A DNA stretch of 64,000 bases from an uncultured Candidatus Saccharibacteria bacterium (GTDB lineage: Bacteria > Patescibacteriota > UBA1384 > XYA2-FULL-43-10 > 1-14-0-10-43-13). Below the pieces are notes generated by a model. The model had not been told where the DNA came from and searched no databases. It saw only the letters and a list, made by a program, of their open reading frames with translations. A program made the translations under genes and the position numbers. Numbering within the stretch: the first letter of the stretch is position 1; each line of letters opens with the position of its first letter. Below are positions 58,444 through 64,000 of this stretch, piece after piece. Location: the NCBI GenBank assembly GCA_964628585.1, contig CAZVMH010000003.1:28470-92469 (forward strand), written 5' to 3'.

Positions 58444-58483
58444 TTGAAAAATCATCACCTTTCAGCTACAATATACATGATTT

Positions 58484-58567
58484 GCCCGGGTGGTGAAATG
58501 GTATACACGCTAGTCTTAGGAACTAGTGCCGCAAGGCGTGGAGGTTCGAGTCCTCTCCCGGGCACCA
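58484..58567 (+). tRNA. tRNA-Leu(TAG)
   Basis: CTAGT-CTTAGGA-ACTAG anticodon arm, GCC-GCAA-GGC variable arm, CCA end; promoter TTGAAA-N17-TACAAT at 58444-58472. Confidence 0.95.
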
Positions 58568-58575
58568 CATCGGAA

Positions 58576-60300
58576 ATGAAAAAAATATTTGCCTTCTTAT
58601 TCCTTTTATTTTTAATACTGCCCAATTTTGCTTTTGCCAGAGACACTTCTGCTTTGAATGACTGGTATATCAAAGATTTTCAATCTGAAATTATTGTCAA
58701 TAAAGATTCTTCACTTTCGATAACTGAAAAAATCACTGCTGATTGTGGAAATTTGCCCAACAAACACGGCATTTTCCGTACTCTTCCAACCTTTTATCAA
58801 AAAACTAGTTCTGAAAAAATTAGCACTCCAATAGAACTCAAAAGTATTACCGATTTCTCAGATAAGCCAATCAATTACTCTACGACAAAGAGTACGGTCA
58901 ATAGAACGTTGACTTGGAAAATCGGCGATGCAGATAAAACGGTTTCTGGCATCAACTTTTACAAAATTACATATCTGGTCAAAAATACTATTCGTTTCGA
59001 TGACCCCAGTTTTGATGAATTGTACTGGAATCTTTCCGGCAATTTTTGGCAAATTCCAATTGATCATTTTACTGCCACTATCAAATTCCCAAGTGAAATA
59101 AATCAGAACAACACTGCTCTAAACATATACTCTGGTGCTTTTAAAGAAAAAAATGGTTTAGATATTTCTCAAAACTGGGTTGACGGAAACACACTTCAAA
59201 TAGAAACTTCCGATATTATCAAGCCCGGCTCAGGTATTACTCTTTCTACCACATTCCCCAAAAATATTATTACTTCATTTAAATTTTCTTTCTGGGAGCT
59301 TTATGGGCGCTTCTTCTGGCTATTAATTCCAATATTTGCTTTTTGGATCATTTATCGCTACTGGGCGAAATATGGCAAGGATCCTAAAATTAATTCCGCC
59401 ATCGCTCCAGAATTCGAAATTCCAGATAAGCTCTCTTCTCTCGATATGGGCATGCTTTATTCAAATCTTGCCCTCAAAACCCGTTATCTCTCTGCTTCAA
59501 TTATCAATCTGGCCGTCAAAAAATATATCACCATAGAGGAAATTCCCAAGAAAGGCGTTTTTGGCTCCGTTGATTATAAGCTAACCAAGTTAAAAGAAGG
59601 CGATGATAAAATTTCAGAATCAGAAAAATTGCTTTTGGACGAATTATTCGATAGTAACGAGTCCAAATTGCTATCTTCTCTAAAAAACAAATTTTATTCT
59701 TCAATCCCTATGATCCAAAAAAAGTCAAAGGATTTTCTGGTCGAAAAAGAGTACATTGATGTACGAAGCGGTAAATACCAAATTGCTTTAATAATATTCA
59801 TCTTTGTCGCAGCATTTTTCTCGTTTATACTTGCTTTTATTGGACCAATTTATATTGTCTCGATGATATTAACAATTATAATTATGATTATCTTCGCTAT
59901 TTTAATGTCTCGCCGAACCGAAAAAGGTGCGATGCTTGAACACCGCATTAATGGATTAAAAATGTATATGGAAGTGGCCGAAAAATATCGTCAAAAGTTT
60001 AACGAAAAAGAGAACATCTTTGAAAAATTTCTGCCCTATGCCATTATGTTTGGAATGACTAAAAAATGGATAAAACAAATAGAGAAAATTTATGGTGCAG
60101 ATTATTTCAATTCATATCACCCAGTTTGGTTTTACGGCGCCGCAATTCACAGCTTTAACGTTGATTCGCTTACTTCTTCAATAGAATCACTTTCTTCCGG
60201 CATGGCCTCCACAATGTCCTCTTCGCCCTCTTCCTCCGGTTCAGGTGGAGGCGGCTTCTCCGGCGGCGGCGGAGGCGGCGGAGGTGGCGGCGGCTGGTAA
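58576..60300 (+). CDS. DUF2207 membrane protein (likely start 58576, after the tRNA)
   Basis: MKKIFAFLF signal, KHGIFR, DELYWN, GKDP, FEKFLPYAIMFG, Gly-rich GGGFSGGGGGGGGGGGW end. Confidence 0.92.
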   Translation: MKKIFAFLFLLFLILPNFAFARDTSALNDWYIKDFQSEIIVNKDSSLSITEKITADCGNLPNKHGIFRTLPTFYQKTSSEKISTPIELKSITDFSDKPINYSTTKSTVNRTLTWKIGDADKTVSGINFYKITYLVKNTIRFDDPSFDELYWNLSGNFWQIPIDHFTATIKFPSEINQNNTALNIYSGAFKEKNGLDISQNWVDGNTLQIETSDIIKPGSGITLSTTFPKNIITSFKFSFWELYGRFFWLLIPIFAFWIIYRYWAKYGKDPKINSAIAPEFEIPDKLSSLDMGMLYSNLALKTRYLSASIINLAVKKYITIEEIPKKGVFGSVDYKLTKLKEGDDKISESEKLLLDELFDSNESKLLSSLKNKFYSSIPMIQKKSKDFLVEKEYIDVRSGKYQIALIIFIFVAAFFSFILAFIGPIYIVSMILTIIIMIIFAILMSRRTEKGAMLEHRINGLKMYMEVAEKYRQKFNEKENIFEKFLPYAIMFGMTKKWIKQIEKIYGADYFNSYHPVWFYGAAIHSFNVDSLTSSIESLSSGMASTMSSSPSSSGSGGGGFSGGGGGGGGGGGW

Positions 60301-60364
60301 AAACTGCTTCAGCAGTTTTTATGGTGAGCCCCAAAGGGGATCCTTCGGGTCGTAGTCGAACCAT
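60299..60364. repeat. Terminator-like hairpin plus a REP-like element
   Basis: AAAAACTGC-TTCA-GCAGTTTTT; GAGCCCCAAAGGGGATCCTTCGGGTC resembles the element inside rpsA. Confidence 0.6.
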
Positions 60365-60415
60365 TTTCCTAATTGATCCGTATATCTGTATATCTGATAA
60401 AATCCGTAATCCTTA

Positions 60416-60937
60416 TCATATGGTGATCTGTTCCCTGAACTTTTCAAAGGTTTTGTCTCCAATCCCTTTAACATTTTTTATTTCGTCGATAGATTTGAAA
60501 CCGCCATTAGCATTTCTGTAATCAACAATTCTCTGGGAATAAACTGCTCCTATCCCCGGCAGAGCGTCTAACTCCGAGGCTGATGCCGTATTGATATTGA
60601 TCTTTCCAACAACATGGTTCTTGGAGGCCGCCGCCTCATTGTTCGGTTGTACAATAGCTGAATTGTTGGTTGCGCCGGCTACTGCGCCCTGTTCCATTTG
60701 CGCTGTCTGATTATTGGGACTTGGTACTTGCAATTTAGAAATTTTCTCTTCAAAAGCTTTGATTCTCTCCTCCTGATTCATAATTCGTTCTTCATAATTC
60801 GGCTTGGCGTAGTTCTCCCGATACAGTTGGAACCCCACTCCCGCCATAATCAAAAATAGCAATCCTCCCCCAATCCAGAATCGGTATTTCTCAATCCATT
60901 CACCCATCTGAAATTTTGGTTTTGATTTTTGATCCAC
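60416..60937 (-). CDS. comEA: ComEA HhH DNA-binding competence protein
   Basis: TM, KININTASASELDALPGIG...IVDYRNANGGFKSIDEIKNVKGIG. Confidence 0.93.
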   Translation of the reverse strand: MDQKSKPKFQMGEWIEKYRFWIGGGLLFLIMAGVGFQLYRENYAKPNYEERIMNQEERIKAFEEKISKLQVPSPNNQTAQMEQGAVAGATNNSAIVQPNNEAAASKNHVVGKININTASASELDALPGIGAVYSQRIVDYRNANGGFKSIDEIKNVKGIGDKTFEKFREQITI

Positions 60938-60962
60938 CAGTTTAGATATTAGATATTAGATA

Positions 60963-61736
60963 TTAGGATTTAGAAATTGTTTGGTAACGTTCAGCTCCCT
61001 CCCATGCCAGATCAAAGAGTGCTCTCAAATTGTCAGCTATCTGCTTCGACTCGATTACGATGCCAACGAGCGGGCCACCCTTCTCTGTAGTACAAAAGCT
61101 AATCTTATTGCCATATATGAGCCCTTCAATCTTAAAAGGAAACTTATCTTTTGGTACATATCGCGTCTTCCGAAGCGTGCCTTTACCAGACTGCATGATA
61201 TTTTCTTCTTCTTCAGTCACAATCGCCCTCACACAAACGTTATTTTTTACACGCATAGGCACATATTCATTCGTGACCCAGTCGAGCATCTTCTGATCAT
61301 ATTTACTGACTTGATTGTAAACCAAAATCTCCTGATTCTTGACCAAAGTGTCTTTAAATACGCGCTTGATCCCCTCATATCCCTCATAAATCTCAATATT
61401 TGGCTTGAGCCCCTGGAGACTATACAAAGCCATCAAATCGATTGCCCCCTGCTTGATCTCAGCATATTTGTGCTCAAAATTACGCAATATCAAGTTCGGC
61501 GCTACTGCCTGAAAGTAACGTCTTTTGCCCTGCATAACCTCTTTTATGACCTCGGCGTGGGTCATTTCGGGGAACATTTCATATAGAGTGGTCCTCTTGA
61601 TGCCGGTTGCTCTTGCTATGTGCTGTGGTAGCATCGCCCCCTCTTTCAGCAAAGCCAAATATACCTTGATTTCTTTCTCATCAAGACCAATTCTGGTCAG
61701 AAATTCATACTCCATTTGTGTCGATATGTTCGTCAT
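60963..61736 (-). CDS. TrmB-family transcriptional regulator
   Basis: IGLDEKEIKVYLALL, IARATGIKRTTLY, YEGYEGIK, IYGNKI, LFDLAW. Confidence 0.9.
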   Translation of the reverse strand: MTNISTQMEYEFLTRIGLDEKEIKVYLALLKEGAMLPQHIARATGIKRTTLYEMFPEMTHAEVIKEVMQGKRRYFQAVAPNLILRNFEHKYAEIKQGAIDLMALYSLQGLKPNIEIYEGYEGIKRVFKDTLVKNQEILVYNQVSKYDQKMLDWVTNEYVPMRVKNNVCVRAIVTEEEENIMQSGKGTLRKTRYVPKDKFPFKIEGLIYGNKISFCTTEKGGPLVGIVIESKQIADNLRALFDLAWEGAERYQTISKS

Positions 61737-61744
61737 TTGTTTTC

Positions 61745-61774
61745 ATTATAGCACACTCTTCACGCTCCTGTCAA
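61745..61774 (-). promoter_or_regulatory. Promoter of the TrmB gene (near-leaderless)
   Basis: Minus strand TTGACA-N18-TATAAT, 8 nt before the ATG. Confidence 0.75.
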
Positions 61775-61818
61775 GAGTAAATGATATTTTGTAATATTTT
61801 TAATTGTGTACCTATTTA

Positions 61819-61847
61819 TTGACACTTTGCATATTTTGTGTTATAAT
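61819..61847 (+). promoter_or_regulatory. Perfect sigma70 promoter with extended -10
   Basis: TTGACA-N17-TATAAT with TG at -15/-14. Confidence 0.85.
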
Positions 61848-61854
61848 GACCCCG

Positions 61855-61919
61855 ACACAGTGAGAATGTCATTGCGAGAAGCCGAAAGGCGACGAAGCAA
61901 TCTATCATCCTCACCGTGT
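61855..61919 (+). repeat. 5' leader hairpin containing a GTCATTGCGAG...GCGACGAAGCAATC palindromic repeat
   Basis: ACACAGTGAGAATG / CATCCTCACCGTGT outer stem; ATTGC/GCAAT and GCC-GAAA-GGC inside. Confidence 0.65.
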
Positions 61920-61975
61920 AGCAAGCCAAAAATGGCGCAGGTGGCTAATTAACGCACCGGCCAAAGGATAGAAAA

Positions 61976-62497
61976 ATGAATAAGGTTATCGTAGCGGCCG
62001 CTATTCTCATTTTCGCGGGCGCTTCGTCCGCTTCGATGATAGAGGTTGATAGAGCTGGTGAAAACACCCAGCTTCAGCTCTGCATCGAGAAGCCGATTTC
62101 GGCTTCAGTTTCCCTGTTCGCTTACTCCTGCCTGTCAGAGAACTGGCAGGAAGCCTACATCGGACCTGAAGTCAATGGTTCGATCGGCAAGGTCAACTAC
62201 CAGCTCGCCTACGGCGTCGGCCAGGAAACTGGCGGAAACCGGAATGGCGGTTGGGTCTGGGCAGGCTACAAAAAGCTGTCCGGCATCTACTTGAGCGAGA
62301 ATGGCGGAAGCGGTCCTTGGACCAAGTCCGTCATCAAGTACGCTGTATCTCCTAAGGTCTCCTTGGGTTACACCAAGAAAGACTTCGCAGGAGAGGGCTT
62401 GTACGCAGAGTGCAAGCTCACCGGCAGCACGACTTTGAAGATCTCGGGCTTCGACAAGTTCAAGCGCCCCGAAATCGGCCTGAACGTAGCGTTCTAG
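61976..62497 (+). CDS. Secreted protein with beta-barrel-like alternating strands and a C-terminal Phe
   Basis: Signal peptide ...ASSA; strands VSLFAYS, QLAYGVG, GWVWAGY, VSLGYT; ends EIGLNVAF. Confidence 0.7.
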   Translation: MNKVIVAAAILIFAGASSASMIEVDRAGENTQLQLCIEKPISASVSLFAYSCLSENWQEAYIGPEVNGSIGKVNYQLAYGVGQETGGNRNGGWVWAGYKKLSGIYLSENGGSGPWTKSVIKYAVSPKVSLGYTKKDFAGEGLYAECKLTGSTTLKISGFDKFKRPEIGLNVAF

Positions 62498-62512
62498 GCC
62501 AGTGAGCATCCC

Positions 62513-62547
62513 GCCCCACCCTTTCGGATCATGTGAAAGGGTGGGGC
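62513..62547 (+). terminator. Hairpin between the beta-rich ORF and the methyltransferase
   Basis: 13-bp stem GCCCCACCCTTTC / GAAAGGGTGGGGC; weak U tract. Confidence 0.55.
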
Positions 62548-62608
62548 TCAACTTCAGCTTTACATAAATAATTATGTAAAGCGGAATATTGAAAAAGGAG
62601 AATATATA

Positions 62609-63319
62609 ATGTCTAGTTACGATTGGAAGATGATTGCTTCCTGCCGAAACAGGAGCAAAGACAGCCAAGCAGTCGCTTTCCCGTACTTCATGGAGGCGTA
62701 CGAGATGAACTTCCAGGTGAACGAGCATGTATTTTCGCCCGTTCACTGCTCCTCTTACCGCTTCTTCATTCCGTGGCTGCCAGATGCGAGCGGGATGGAT
62801 GTGCTCGAGATTGGTAGCGGACACGGAGTCGTGTCTTGCTACCTCGCCCAAAAGGCGAAAAAAGTATTGGCAACAGACATTAATGAGCACGCAGTAGAAA
62901 ATACTGCGATAAATGCTCGGCTCAACGGTCTCGATAACATCGAGACTATAGAGAGCAATGTTTACTCGAACGTATCAGGCCAATTTGACCTGATCTTCTG
63001 GAACACCCCTTGGGGGTTCGTTCCTGAAGAGTTCGAGGAGTCGATGACGCCGGAAGAATTCGGGATGTTTGATCCCGGATACAAGGCGATATCGGCTTAC
63101 TTACTTGAGGGGAAAAATTACCTCAAGCCAGGTGGAGCGCTCTACATTGGCTTCGGCCATAAGGGAGCGAACCTCGATTTAATCCACGACCTCGTCAAGC
63201 GGTCAGGTCTCGTCCTGGCCAAGGGCATCGCCGGCAAGTACACCCCCGGCGAACTGGACGAGGACGGAAGACTGATCGAGATGAGAGTGGAGCTCTGGAA
63301 GCTGGTCAAACCAGCATAA
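62609..63319 (+). CDS. Class I SAM-dependent methyltransferase (HemK/MTS-like)
   Basis: VLEIGSGHG, ATDIN, FDLIFWNTPW (NPPY-like motif), LKPGG; AAGGAG RBS. Confidence 0.9.
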   Translation: MSSYDWKMIASCRNRSKDSQAVAFPYFMEAYEMNFQVNEHVFSPVHCSSYRFFIPWLPDASGMDVLEIGSGHGVVSCYLAQKAKKVLATDINEHAVENTAINARLNGLDNIETIESNVYSNVSGQFDLIFWNTPWGFVPEEFEESMTPEEFGMFDPGYKAISAYLLEGKNYLKPGGALYIGFGHKGANLDLIHDLVKRSGLVLAKGIAGKYTPGELDEDGRLIEMRVELWKLVKPA

Positions 63320-63331
63320 GAGCACAAACTC

Positions 63332-63366
63332 AGCCCCCGGCTACGTTGTAGTCGGGGGCTTTTTTT
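63332..63366 (+). terminator. Intrinsic terminator
   Basis: AGCCCCCGGCTAC-GTT-GTAGTCGGGGGCT followed by a T run. Confidence 0.85.
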
Positions 63367-64000
63367 ATTCCAAATGTTTGTTTTGCAAGTATTCTGATAC
63401 TCGTGCTTTAAGCAGAGGATGGTTTTTGAGATCAGGATCGCTTTCGATAAGTCTTTTAGCTGCTTCACTCGCCTCTTCAATGAGCTCACGATCTGCCAAA
63501 GTGGCCATTTTGAGATCAAGAAGCCCTGATTGCTCCGTCCCAAAGACTGCCCCTGGCCCCCTTGTCTCTAGATCCATTTCAGCTAAGCGAAAGCCATCGG
63601 AAGTCATTTCTAGGCTAGTCAGTCTCTTCAGGGCCTTCTCGCTCATTGTAGAGGAAAATAGAAAGCAATAAGATTGATGCTCCGCCCTGCCTACTCGTCC
63701 ACGAAACTGGTGAATCTGAGCTAGGCCGAACCTCTCTGCGTCCTCAATCACCATTACACTCGCATTGGGAATATCTACCCCTACTTCCACGACTGATGTG
63801 CTAACGAGTATATTTGTTTTATTAGATACAAAATCAGCCATCACGGCATCCTTTTCTGTTGACTTCATCTTGCCGTGAAGCATATCAATCTTGAATTCAG
63901 GGAATATTGCCTTGAGCTTATCAAACTCCACTTTAACCGACCTGCGCTCGTCTTCAAAGAGTTTATCGCTCTGCTCCTCATTGATCTCAATAAGTGGACA
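63365..64000 (-). CDS. recG: ATP-dependent DNA helicase RecG (C-terminal part; start outside window)
   Basis: CPLIE, LHGKM, STSVVEVGVD, AERFGLAQIHQFRGRVGR, DGFRLAEMDL..RGPG. Confidence 0.96.
   Translation of the reverse strand, partial: CPLIEINEEQSDKLFEDERRSVKVEFDKLKAIFPEFKIDMLHGKMKSTEKDAVMADFVSNKTNILVSTSVVEVGVDIPNASVMVIEDAERFGLAQIHQFRGRVGRAEHQSYCFLFSSTMSEKALKRLTSLEMTSDGFRLAEMDLETRGPGAVFGTEQSGLLDLKMATLADRELIEEASEAAKRLIESDPDLKNHPLLKARVSEYLQNKHLE

Noticed and set aside
58351-58575. N-terminal 75 aa of the 649-aa ORF in the track
   Set aside because: It runs through the structured element and tRNA-Leu(TAG); the signal peptide begins at ATG 58576.
62135-62890. 251-aa minus-strand ORF, and likewise 60981-61586, 18535-19083 and 5018-5452
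   Set aside because: Antisense shadows of well-supported genes, with no motifs or RBS.

Overview
64 kb of an AT-rich bacterial chromosome using genetic code 11 (TGA serves as a stop), with most genes on the minus strand. Gene content and arrangement point to a Patescibacteria/CPR genome; a Berkelbacteria-like assignment is inference only. The supporting features are a short alaS, a family-5 SBP beside secG, an FtsA-like plus 'baseplate-J-like' pair beside ruvX/mltG, DUF2207, a TrmB regulator, comEA/comM and apparently leaderless genes. The core blocks are gatCA-ligA, lemA-htpX, ftsEX with M23 and S41 peptidases, secA-hpf-serS-lysS-greA, mreBCD-pbp2, alaS, nrnA-rpsA, miaA, recG and 7 tRNAs. 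Highlights: (1) a surface-protein cluster at 37-45 kb in which two proteins carry DUF11/isopeptide-type Ig domains lacking their last strands while a neighbour carries just such strands, a candidate natural split 'tag/catcher' covalent assembly system; (2) a circularly permuted M23 peptidase; (3) a c-di-GMP-I riboswitch upstream of a Cys-rich orphan; (4) a lone plsX and a beta-barrel-like protein, both unexpected in CPR; (5) a candidate structured RNA at about 58.33-58.44 kb; (6) REP-like and 7-nt periodic repeats read in frame inside rpsA, miaA and comEA; (7) a GIY-YIG gene whose stop codon lies inside tRNA-Val. All calls come from reading the sequence; no searches were run.
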